From positions 54,126,001 to 54,190,000 of the forward strand of contig OZ336871.1 in assembly GCA_965287045.1 (NCBI GenBank): DNA of 64,000 nt. Reading direction: 5' to 3'. The notes under the pieces are model-generated. The model had not been told where the DNA came from. It made no database searches and saw nothing but the letters and a program-made list of their open reading frames with translations. The position numbers were made by a program, and so were the translations under genes. Positions within the stretch are counted from its first letter, which is position 1, and each line of letters begins with the position of its first letter. Shown here piece by piece: positions 48,236-59,900 of the stretch. Source of the stretch: Carcharhinus amblyrhynchos (lineage: Eukaryota).

Positions 48236-50396
48236 CTGAAAGAATCACATCACCACTGGTGTTAAAAGATTTCTGCTTTTTTTCCTTTCATACCTTCAAC
48301 ATGCCTTATCTAAAAACAAGCACAATAATTACACAAGCATAGTCAAAGCTTGCAAACAGAATACTATTAATCATAGGCCAAATTTTTATTCTGGACTAGG
48401 GATTGATAAATAGCTTCATAGTGTCATTTATTAGACCTGAACTAATGCTGACAACACTCCTCAGCTGGTTAATCTTTCGACAGCTGCAGTTTTTCAGTTG
48501 TATAAACACTTATGTTAGATGAAGGAATAATACATTAATACAGCCAAAACGTAATCTTGGAAATGGTTGATAAATCTTTAGTAACAAATCCTTACAAAAA
48601 TATTCTATACATCAATTTCCTCACCACCTCAAATACGAAGGAAGATATTTTTGTTAAAAATCAAGTCTGTGCATTTCGTATGATCTCTTAGTAGTTAAAG
48701 CTTGCAGGTAACGAATACAAAAACTACTTTGAATGTCGGTTCATCAAATATTGAGCCTTCAAATAAAAAAACCTGCAGCTCATTTCAAGCATGAATAGTT
48801 TAGTCCTTCTCTCTTCTCTTTCAAACCTCAATCATTAATACAATTCTTTAAAACCTCACACCAACCTTTCACTGGTCTAATGGGTTCAGTTCAATCCCAG
48901 TTTTACAACAGCAGGTTCTGGTTAGTATGAAGCTGTCTGAATTTTGCCTGCTTCTTATTTCAAGTCTTTATTGTGGTTAAAGGAGAAAAAAAGCTTAAGT
49001 AAGCTCTGAAGGATTTTATATGCACTTCTTATTTAAAGTGCTATACAGATGAAAGCAACTGTTTCACTAAACAATCTTACTTCTTAGAATTAGATTAATT
49101 CCAATCTGAAAATGTTCACTTCAACTTCCAATAAGGGCACTGACAGTGGAAGTGTATTTAGAAAATATATTTTAGCTGTTTTTGTAATGGATACATCAGG
49201 TGCAAAGTAAAGTGATACAGAAGTGGCACTTAGTATGCAATGTCTGCACTGCTGTCTTCAAAAGGTAATCAGACACAATCATTTTCTACAGATGAAGCTT
49301 CACTAGGGGCTGCTGTCACTGGAGCCATTTACGACTTGTTATGGTGTCTCTATTGTTTACCAATGACATTTTCTGAAAGGGAGACAGCTGGGATGGAAGG
49401 CTGGTAGCAAAAGAACAATATAATCCTGTGAAGGTAATCAACAAACTTGTGTGCGTTAATTAACTTTACACTTTATCATGTTCAATTAGTTTTCTTTTCT
49501 GCCAAAGATAAGCATGCACAATTGGTTTAAAACCATGCCATGTTTTATTTGTAACCAGTTTCTGTTGTCGTTCCCATTTCTGTGTTTGACAGTTCTCCAG
49601 AGGCTTCATATGCACAGATGTATGACTTTGTGTATGCCTTAGTCAATCCAAATCAGTTTAAAATACACCTCTTTATTTAGGGACTGATTTAAATCTTTAT
49701 GCCTATTCCCTGTGTAAGTAATACTGAATTCTGCAATCCTATTCCACCTGATGTTGTCATTGTATATTATTTCAATTCTACTTCTTTTGTGTCTATCACC
49801 TTACGAGTGCCAGTTTGTATTCATACTACATTGCATCTGTTTATGAACTCTACTGATTAATATTTTATCTTTCTGATTATATTTCATGGGTGATAATTTT
49901 CTGATTGCGTCTCAAATGGGCATCCATTCCCCTGCCCCCATTGATCATCTCTCACTGAGTTATTATAGCTAGAAAATTATAGTGAAATAAAGTTAAATTA
50001 ATTTAGTTTCACATCATGCAATGATAGGACAAGTCCTCTAGCTCCTAGTCTCAAGTTCCTTGCAATCAGGGTGAAAGCTCCGGCCCTAAAATCTGACCAT
50101 AAATTTGGTATCACCACATTTAATTCTTTTAAATTAATGCAGCTTTAAAATAACCGTATACAGTACAACTTACTTTTCTCCACTTCACACTGATCATAAT
50201 CAGTCAGTCTGTGGTGGTTACAAGAAAAGTAGATTCAGAGGCAGTGCATCAGCCTTTTGTTTCTCTTAATGTGTCAGAAACAATGAAAACTAAAAAATGT
50301 TGATCTGGACTTTGAGGGCTCACCTCAAGAATTTTTTAAATTTACAAACACATACCAATGTAAAAAAAACTGTACAAAGTTACTTGTGGGAGACAC

Positions 50397-51600
50397 TGGG
50401 TGGAATTTTAACAGCCAAAGGGAAGTGTAGGTGGGTGGTTAAAGGTCCAAAAAATACCAGTGGTCAGAAACCCAACATGATCCTGCTCACTTCCAGGTTT
50501 AACTAATCTGGAGGTGAATGGGAAACCCCTGTGGAGCTGTTAAGTCATCTAAATATTTAATAAATCAATTATTTAAGTCTTTAATTCTGAATTCTAGCTT
50601 TAGCAGGTACTGCACAGGTGCTATGAACTGTGAACCTCACCAAGATTAATAAGGCAGGTGCACAGTGGGGAGATATTGACCATTGTAACTGATGGTCTTG
50701 AAAGCCTTAAACTGTGAAACTACATGGATGTCAGCCTGCCCATGTGAAAGACTTGTGCACACAGGGTGCACCTTCACTGCTCCACAGGTAATTTCTAAAG
50801 GTTTGGAATCATTTCACCTAACTTGGAATTTGCTCATCTTGATCTGGCCTTCTCTGCTGTCAGTTTTTCCTGTGATTTGGGAGCAGCTTACATGGCTTGA
50901 CTTTGAACCTCTTAAGATGAGCAAAAGGAGGGGGACCAGCAACATCAACAGCATCAGCATTGGCTGTCCTTTGCTCAAGTCACACGCCACTCCACAACAG
51001 CCACAATCAGCATACGGCACCAGAATGAGGTGGGCACCCCAACACAAGATCTATCAGCAGGGGATAAGCTTTCCTTGACATATGAGGGCGCCAGTGCCTC
51101 AAGAAGCTCAGACTTTCATGACAGCATGTTTCAGATAGCTGCAGCCTCCTGGAACAAGACCACCTTCAAGGTGGACCAAGTGGGCATGCACTCCCAGTAG
51201 GTGTCAAGGTGACTATCACTGTGGGTTCATCCCCTGCCACCCACATCTCCCGAGCTTGATTCTCAGTTTTTTTCTGTAGTTCTGCATTCTCCTCTACTGC
51301 AACGGGAGAAAGCAGAGGGTTACAAACGTGAGCAATGGATTCTGCAGAGATAATGCAATGAGAACATTTGCAGAGGGTGACTGTATATGGGTGTACAGTG
51401 ACACAAAAATGAGGGTAACTGAGTATTGGTAGCTCAGATTTGGAGGTGAAGAGTTTCATGGGGAGGATCTAGTGAACCTGCACAGTATTTCAGTCTGAGG
51501 TATGCTGTACCAAGAATGGACTGTCACCATGACCATGGCACTCAGAGAATGGTCAGGAAACCTGGAAGGAGAATGCTCATGCTGTGACTGCAAGTGGGTC
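50397..51600 (+). mobile_element. PIF/Harbinger DNA transposon remnant (terminus + transposase N-terminus)
   Basis: Begins gggtggaatttt; frameshifted PQHKIYQQGISF..QCLKKLRLS*QHVSDSCSLLEQDHLQGGPSGHALPVGVKVTITV resembles HARBI1-like transposase N-terminus. Confidence 0.7.
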
Positions 51601-52322
51601 TATATCAATAAAATTACACCCATAAATTTATAAGGGAAAAATCTTACTCTTCAATTTCCTGGACTTTAAAAAAAAAACTTGTGTTCAGACTGAAAAGTAC
51701 TGCGGCATCACATTTATAACATAGCTAAGCTCAATATCAACTGGACTAATATTCAGATAATATCAAACTGCCAAGAATAGCTGAATATGGAAAGACAGCC
51801 AACATCTACAAAATAAGTAAGTTATGTAAGTTAATAATGAAACTTAATTTGACACATAGCAATGATTACACATCATTCAGTCAAGATCCCGGAACTCCCT
51901 ACTTAGCAGCACCGGCGACGGTGCTGCTAAGTAGGGAGTTCCAGTCTGTTCTTGGTACAGCATACCTCAGACTGAAACACTGCAGGTCCACTAGATCCTC
52001 CCCATGAAACTCTTCACCTCCAAATCTGAGCTACCAATACTCAGTTACCCTCATTTTTGTGTCACTGTACACCCATATACAGTCACCCTCTGCAAACGTT
52101 CTCAATGCATCCTCTGCAGAATCCGTTGTTCACGCTTATAACCTTTTGCTTTCTCACCTTGCAATAGAGGAGAATGCAGAACCACAGAAAAAAACTGAGA
52201 ATCAAGCACGGGAGATGTGGGTGGCAGGGGATGAACCCACAGTGATAGTCACCTTGACACCTACTGGGAATGCATGCCCACTTGGTCCACCTTGAAGGTG
52301 GTCTTGTTCCAGTAGGCTGTAG
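51139..52322. repeat. Long inverted repeat: arms 51139-51523 and 51942-52322
   Basis: Manual alignment: about 21 substitutions and two 2-bp indels over ~385 bp (~94%); mirror ORFs 51166-51459(-) and 52059-52295(+) share the same C-terminus. Confidence 0.98.
51891..51942. repeat. Perfect 24-bp hairpin with GCGA loop
   Basis: ggaactccctacttagcagcaccg gcga cggtgctgctaagtagggagttcc. Confidence 0.99.
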
Positions 52323-52364
52323 TGGTCCAAAGGCCTGTACTGCGCAGTAATGTTCTATGTTCTA
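52323..52364 (+). mobile_element. Extremely 5'-truncated CR1-type 3' tail
   Basis: tggtccaaaggcctgtactgcgcagtaatgttctatgttcta: CR1 terminal stem-loop motif plus (ttctatg) repeats. Confidence 0.75.
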
Positions 52365-52539
52365 AGGTGACAGCTCACCACTGCCTTCTCGAGGGCAATG
52401 AGGGATGGACAATAAACTCTAGTCTAACCAGCAATGCCCACATTCCATGAATGAATATAAGTAAATAAAAATGAATATTGCACGTCCATGAATGAAGTCA
52501 AAATAGCTAAAGGTGAAATAGTTGACATTATATTTGATA

Positions 52540-52975
52540 TTCAATCACTGCACAGCTGCCTGCGTTCTCACTCAGATCCAATCCATTTACTCATTTGCTC
52601 ACTGACCTTCTATGGTCCTAGGTTATTACTCCATGGCCTTGCCTCCCGCGTCCTCTGTTATCTCCTCTAGCCCCACAATCCTCCAAGATATCTGCACCAC
52701 ACATCTCTCAGTTCAGCCTTGAAGCCTCAATTTTAACCATCCCACCATCGGTGGCTGTGCCTTCAGCTTCCTTGGTTCTAAGCTCGTGAATTTGCTCCCT
52801 AAATCTCTGCACTTCTCTTTTTTCCTTTAACATGTTTCTTAAAACCTACCTCTTTTGGTCACCTGTCCTTATATTACCAACTGGCTTAATGTCAAAATTT
52901 GCTTTTATAATGCTTCAGTGAAGCACCTTGCGATGTTTAATGTTAAGTTCTAGACAAACACAAGCTTTGTTGTTG
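52540..52975 (+). mobile_element. L2 3' end
   Basis: ccaccatcggtggctgtgccttcagc..tgaagcaccttgcgatgtttaatgttaag..tgttgttg. Confidence 0.75.
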
Positions 52976-53724
52976 CAGTCACCAAGTCAAGAAAAGGCAT
53001 TTTAGCTCTAAAGCCAATACAGAGAACACAAGAGTGCTAGGCTATGAGGAAAAAATCAGAGAAACTTGAGTTAAGTTTCAAAAGGCGCTAACCATGAAGG
53101 AGATCTTTTACGGAAAGGACGAATGGTAAATAATTTAAAGATACGTGTAAAACATTGCTTCAAACTAAATTGTGATGTGAGAGCATAAGGAATAAGCTCA
53201 AAGTAGCAAAAGGCAAATTTCAAACCAATATTAAGAGAGTAGTTCACACAAAGAATGATCAGTATATAAAAAGATATCTGGATAGAATTTTAGAGGGCAA
53301 CTGAATACTTGAGGAGATGGGAACCTGTTTTATTTTCATGCAGATTGCCCAAATTCTATGCAACATCCATATATCATGCAATCTCATAGGAAATGTGCAA
53401 GATAGTGGATTATCATAGTTTCTGATTCAGACTTTTTCAGTAAATGAATACCCCAATCAGCCTACATAAGGCTCCCTGTGTTGATTAAAAACATGCCAAG
53501 AGATGTTATGGTGCTAATAATGACCACACACTGTTTCCTTAGAGGTAGTTCTGAGCCACCAGAACTACCACCACACATGAACACACATATTTTTGATACA
53601 TAATATGCTGTTTAGCTCAGGCATGTACAGTCACTTGTATCTACAAACAGTGATTGAAGAGTCAGAGTAATGAGAATGCATGGCTAATGTAACCAGGCCA
53701 GCACAAGTGAGATAAAATAAGATG

Positions 53725-53925
53725 GAAAAATTACAGAAGCTGGAAATTTGGAATAAACTCTGGAACTACATGAGGCCAGACAGTAAAAAGAAAACACAAG
53801 TTATGACATTTTACGTGCGAATCAAAATTAAAATGTCACACACCCAAAACACTGTTTAAATCCGCCTTTTCTCTTTGCAGATACTGATCGACCAGCTAAA
53901 TAGGTTCAGCATTTTCTGCTTTTGA
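53725..53925. mobile_element. Old inverted pair of Penelope-like ends
   Basis: Left attacagaagctggaaatttggaataa..; right ctctttgcagatactgatcgaccagctaaataggttcagcattttctgctttt. Confidence 0.55.
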
Positions 53926-54015
53926 CTACACAAGCTAGGTTTTTCAATTCCAACACCACTCCAGCCCACCAACGATTCTTAATCCAAATAGGAAGGTACA
54001 CATCCTTATCAAGGA

Positions 54016-55207
54016 TGACAAGGTACCTCACAAGAGGTTTGACAAGGTACCTCACAAGAGGTTATTGCAGAAGGTAAGGGGACATGGAGTTGGGGGTAGG
54101 GTGTTAGCGTGGATAGAGGATTGGTTGTCAAATAGGAGGCAGAGAGTGGGGGTCAATGGGTGCTATTCGGATTGGCGGTTGGTGACTAGTGGAGTGCCCC
54201 AGGGGTCAGTGCTGGGGCCTCAGCTATTTACCATTTATATAGATGATCTGGAGGAGGGAACCGAGTGTATGGTGTCGAAATTTGCTGATGACACCAAGAT
54301 TGGTGGAATGGCAAATTGCGTGGAGGGTGTGGAGAGTCTACAGAAGGATCTAGATAGGCTGGGCGAATGGGCCAGGAACTGGCAAATGGAATTTAATGTT
54401 GGCAAGTGCGAGGTGGTCCACTTTGGTAGGAATAATGGTAGGAAGGACTATTACTTACGTGGTGAAAAACTGCAGCAGGCGACGGTGCAGAGGGACCTCG
54501 GGGTCCTTGTGCATGAGTCGCAAAAACCCAGCCTGCAGGTGCAGCAGGTGGTCAGGAAGGCGAATGGGATGCTGGCCTTCATAGCGAGGGGGATTGAATA
54601 TAAAAGTAGGGAGGTCTTGCTGCAGCTGTATAGGGCATTGGTGAGGCCGCAGCCAGAGTACCGTGTGCAGTTTTGGTCGCCGCACTTACGCAAGGATATT
54701 TTGGCCTTGGAGGGAGTGCAGAGGAGGTTTACTAGGCTGATGCCGGAGTTGAGGGGGTTGAGCTATGAGGAGAGGCTGAATAAATTAGGCTTGTACTCGT
54801 TAGAGTTTAGAAAAATGAGGGGAGATCTCATTGAGATGTATAAGATGATGAATGGGATGGATAGGATAGAGGTGGAGAGACTCTTCCCGCTCAGAAAGGA
54901 CAGTAGGACTAGGGGGCATAGCCTCAAGATAAAGGGGGGGCGGTTTAGAACGGAATTGAGGAGGAACTTCTTCACTCAAAGGGTGGTGAATCTCTGGAAT
55001 TCTCTGCCCGTTGAAGTGGTGGAGGCTGCCACGCTAAATATTTTTAAGACGCGGGTTGATGGGTTTTTGATAAGCGAGGGGGATTAAGGGTTATGGGGAG
55101 AGGGTAGGAATGTGGAACTGAGCCACGACAGATCAGCCATGATCTTATTGAATGGCGGGGCAGGCTCGAGGGGCTAGATGGCCTACTCCTGCTCCTATTT
55201 CTTATGT
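54016..55207 (+). mobile_element. Young 5'-truncated CR1 LINE (RT C-terminal half open for >340 codons, full 3' UTR)
   Basis: FDKVPHKRLL..VTSGVPQGSVLGPQLFTIYIDDL..KFADDTK..QRVVNLWNSLP; CpGs retained; tail gatggcctactcctgctcctatttcttatgt. Confidence 0.97.
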
Positions 55208-55419
55208 ATCAAAGCACAGTTGTTGAGGAGAATATGGAGAACTAAAATACAATGGTCCAGAACTTATCTGCACAATTTCTTGTGTGTTATGAGCCACACC
55301 AAAGCCTCCCAAGTTTACTTTCTACTGCAAAGAAAAACAGCAGTACAGGTAAGGAATTGCATCTAGAACATTCCTGGTTTGGTTGTCTCCATTCCATACA
55401 CACGTAGTAAATGGATTTT

Positions 55420-55930
55420 ATGGGCCACTTTGCTGTAGCAGAGCATCAAATGATGCCTGCTATTAGTTAAACTTGCCCCTGCACTGTTCAACGCAACACA
55501 TTTTCACAGAATAATTTGTTGAAAAAGTGAGTCAAGTATAGTACAGCAAAGGAAGCAGGTCATCTGGAACCGGAGAGATAAAATGCTTAGGCTGAGATCG
55601 AGGGAAGCAAAGAGGCTTCAGATTTTAAAAATTGACCATTTTAAAACATAAAAACTCCTGCAGGAATGAGGCTCCACAATTCTCAATTTCCCAAGTGATT
55701 GACTGTTAATTATTGCCAATCACATTGCTAAAAACATACCTATGCCTCTAATCACTAGATTTAACCATCTTGTGAGCTTAGTTTGATCTACTGCCTAAAT
55801 ACAGCAATTTTAGATCATTAAATGTGTCTCAGTTGCAAAGAAGCCAATAGAATTGTTTTCATAAAGCTAATGGCAGAGTGGCACAACTCAGACACAACTT
55901 CTGGACATCTGTCATTCGCCTAAGAAGAAT
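55420..55930 (+). mobile_element. Old unclassified repeat (family of 4880-5460)
   Basis: Shared caacttctgga and taattat..attgctaaaaac blocks. Confidence 0.45.
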
Positions 55931-56394
55931 GGCGCACTGAGATTTGGAGGAGACCAGAGGACCTAATGAACAAGAATAACATGGTTAAAGAAGTTAGGCA
56001 ATTTTATTGAATGCACCTCCATGAGTATATCAAATCCATGGCTGGAAAGTTACAAAAGGAAAAAGAAAGATTGGAGAGTTAACCTTTCATCCCTTCTTGA
56101 AGTCAGTTGGACATTAATCAAATTCAAAACAACAGGCAGGAGGAGGAAGAAGGAAGTCAAAAGTGTAAAGATTAAAATTGGTCAAAAAGAAATAAAGTCC
56201 ATTACTGGATCCCACAAAAGCTTTTAAATGAATATTCATAAAACAATAAGAGGCACAAGAAGATAATAAAATTAAAATAAATAACATTTTACCAAGATGC
56301 GGTCAACCTTATAATTGGGAGCAGTATCTCTATTGTGTTTACAAAGTTGGGCACATTGGCAGATTTATTCTACTCCACTCTACTGGCAGCTTCA

Positions 56395-56905
56395 CTCCAG
56401 GGGCTTGGTTAATACTTCAATATAGCACTGAGGGAATGCTACATTGCTGCATGAAGTGTTAAGTCTGTTCAAGTGGTCACAAAAGACACCTTGAGATTAT
56501 GTGGAAAAAGTCAGTAGAAATCTTGGAGTGCTTTGTCTTATTTAGACTACTACTACTATTTGCCTTTATCTAATGCATTTCAAGCAGAAAGACGTACAAA
56601 GATATTTCATAAAAGCTTAATCAAATAAATGGACACTGAACCAAACGAAGGTAAGATATGCAGGGATATCCACAAAGTTCAGTCAGAGAGCATTTTAGGG
56701 AAGATCTGAAAGGAGGTGGATGCTGAAAGGGAAAGGCAAGTGATTCAACATCTCCAATGGTCATTTATCCCACTGCTTGCTGTCTTTGCATGCAAATTGG
56801 TTTGTGGCATTTGTAAAACAGTAGCATCACTTCAAAAGCAATTCATTAGCTGTAAACGTGATGTCCTGAAGATATGAAAGTCATTATTTAAACAGAAATT
56901 CCTTC
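56395..56905 (+). mobile_element. Deu-domain SINE (SacSINE1-like), interrupted by an L2 3' end (~56550-56750, minus)
   Basis: actgagggaatgctacattg..aaaagacaccttg; ggtcatttatcccactgc..gcaaattgg..cacttcaaaagcaattcattagctgtaaacg..gtcctgaagatatgaaag. Confidence 0.7.
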
Positions 56906-59900
56906 TGTATGTTCCAGTTGATTTTGTTTCCATTTTATGTTAATTTTCAGTACTTATCCTTGAGCAATCAAGTACATGGTATCTTGAGCAGTTCTTTTCA
57001 ATGTAAGAAAATCACACTTCAACATTTAAAAATTTGTTTAAGCACGTGAAGATTCAATAAGGATTTTTGAAATCTATTTTTTCTTCCAATAACATTTTAT
57101 ATATGAATGTGTGGTTGAAGCAAAGATAACTGATAACTAGAGCGAAATTAATTAAATGGAGATGGCACAGACAAGGGCTATATTAGTATAAGATTGTTAC
57201 AAGTGATGAAGGGTAAATTTTAAAAAGTAATTTCTCCCCTCACATCCACTCATGACCAGGATATCTTGTTTGTGGACAGTAGCAGATGAGAGAAGGAACA
57301 AGGAGGGTTTTTTTGGGAAGGAAGGAGTTTGGTGTTGCAATACAACTGTATCGATGTAAAACTTAACTCTATTGATCTCTTAAAGGTAATCAATCTAAAC
57401 ATATTTAAAATCTCTACTCTCTAAGTAGCTGAAGACAGCATGAAGTCAATACGAGAATGAAGATGCAAAGGATACAAGATTTACTTTTGCCTTCTTTTCA
57501 GAAATAAACAAATGTTTGTTTCTCTTTTCTTCAGTTATGAGGTTCTGAACAATACAGTACACAGTAGGTGATTTCATATATAAATACTGAAAACCATATG
57601 TTCATGCACTATTCAATGTTTAAAACCACTTTGGTTGATTTTATTAATGCATATACTGTAAGGACAGTACTACCCGCTGAAAACACAATAAATAGCCATT
57701 TCACTGTTAAGGGCAATGTCAAATGGCTTACCCAAAATACACTAAGAAAATTAAAACAGCAAAAAAGTAATTTCATCGTTTCTCTGTTGGAAGCAGAAAA
57801 TCAGTCAGTCGATAGATGCATTCATTATTACTGAGTGGCCTTTACCAGTTAGCTGCCACACAGTCCAGAGCTGGCAGCTGTTGCAATTGTGGCCTTGGTT
57901 CATTATTTGCCCATAATGACCATCAAACACCAGTCAAAGTCAGATCAGAACAACTGTCAGCACGACTTTTAATTAGCCTGGGTTTGAATTTTGATAACTA
58001 TCAGAATGGCATGCTGACATAGCAACATTGAGCTCGAGAACAGAATAAGACAGAAGGTAAGAAAAGCATGGAAAAGCCAAACCAGGTCTTTTTGACTAAA
58101 CAGACAGAATCAAGAGGGGAAGAAAAGTTAATTATTACCCATAATCAGCAATTATGATTTGGCAAGACAGCTTTCTTTAATGAACTGCTCTAATGATGAA
58201 GAACCAACATCTACTGAAATATAATAGCACATTAGCATAACTGTGTATGCAAAATACATAGATGTGCTGCCACAACCTACTTGTCATTGAATGATTAAGC
58301 ACGAATTCATAATTAGAAAAATCCACAGTGTAATTTATTGCCCTCTCAGATGTTTCTGGTTCATTAATAGGCTACAACTGAACAATGACCTCTAGTGGGC
58401 TACAGTTTCCTAATTCTTCTGCTTCTCTCTTAAATAAGAATAAACTTAACAAGGCTTTGCTTGGTTGTAACAGCAATTTAAAATCCACAGAATAACAAAT
58501 TACAGTTCTAACTTTTCTTCAAAGATATTAGTAATTTGCCCATCAAAGCAACATTAAGTGTTGTATGGCAATTTATCCTACAACCATTTATAAGAGGGAT
58601 TCTTTTTCTCTCATTTCTATTTAACTGGAAATTTTGAATTGTTCCCCATGACATTTTAGCATGATATAAAAATAGAACATTGCACTTAGCCTAATATTGT
58701 AACATGAATACTACATTCTATTTGACTGAAAGGACATTGATACAACTCAACATGCACAAAGTTAGCCCTTCTCCTTCCTGGAGAAGAATATTTCTTCTTA
58801 TATTTCACCTAGTGACAAGAGGACGACAGAGTCTTTTTCTGATTTCTCTACATGTAGTTAATGCCAGTCTATAATGAGTAGATAGGAGGCACACTTACGC
58901 AAGATCATGAAGCTCATTTTCCCTATCTCTCCACGCATAGAATTCCCAACCCCACCACAGGAGATGTGAAAGTCTTGTATCCACATAGATAATTTATATT
59001 TAGATATATTAAAAATATGCAGCAAAAACAGAGCAAAATTGAAACTTGCCACTTGGATAGCGAATCCAGGTTCTAATATTAGCAATTAGGCTATTCTTGA
59101 CACAACGTAGGTTTAGTTAACTGCTAGTACCACCATGCAACAAAAATTAGAGCACATGCTCATCTGGGAATCAGTACCAGAACAACGAAGAAAAAGAATT
59201 CTGGATGGGAGAATTTGTTCTGCATTTTCATAGGCCCAGACAAGCAGAATAACAAATGCAGAATAATGTTTTATTTTAACTTAGAAATGAATACTAAAAG
59301 TAAAACCAGCCCAAATGAACCAGAAGAACTTGAACCAGCTACTCAGTAGACATGGCTGCCTCCAGGAAAAAAAACTAAAGAGATCAAGTGGATTGCCTCC
59401 ACCAAAACAAAAACAAGTCATGTGGACTCCCATAACATATGACTGCATGGGCCAAAAACCTTTTCATTACTGAAGGTCTGTCACAAATTCTAAAATGTGC
59501 AACTTCCAAACCATGCATTTGGTCAGAATCAGAGCTTCACTATGATAAACCTAACAATGAGGCAAAATGATATAACACAGAAAACTTCTACATTTGAACT
59601 ATTCTAATAAAACTAAAATTGCAAGCTTACCAGCCTTCAATCTGTTTGCATTAATCCAGACCCTCAAATGCTCCTGCAGCATCCAATCCAATGAAAGCCC
59701 GTCTATGTTTTATTGCCCAACTAGCAGAACAACCAAATTAAATTTCAGGAATACAATAAGGGCATTAACTGTCTCACCTTTGAAAAAGCCATAGCTCACC
59801 TAAAACTGAGTTTTAAAAGAACTCCCTCCATACAGGGTTTCTTCAACCTCTCGACACTCACCATCACCATCAAATGGTCCACAAAGTCAAAGTGTTTGCG

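Larger units (their letters stand above)
51879..52466 (+). mobile_element. Older LINE 3' UTR fragment split into 51879-51914 and 52365-52466
   Basis: gtcaagatcccggaactccctacttagcagcac ... cagctcaccactgccttctcgagggcaatgagggatggacaataaa..ccatgaatgaat; contiguous in copies at 32050-32205 and 30962-31125(-). Confidence 0.8.

Noticed and set aside
51166-52295. Paired ORFs ending ..PTG(S/N)ACPLGPP as a duplicated small-protein gene
   Set aside because: By-product of the inverted duplication, antisense to a Harbinger remnant
54650-54665. Two nearby T-to-C-like changes in young CR1 (RPQPEYRV vs usual RPxLEYCV) as RNA-editing scars
   Set aside because: Only two sites and subfamily consensus unknown; ordinary mutation suffices
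54065-55087. 340-aa ORF as a host or domesticated gene
   Set aside because: It is the truncated RT half of a CR1 with intact retrotransposon tail; TTG start, no promoter or splice evidence
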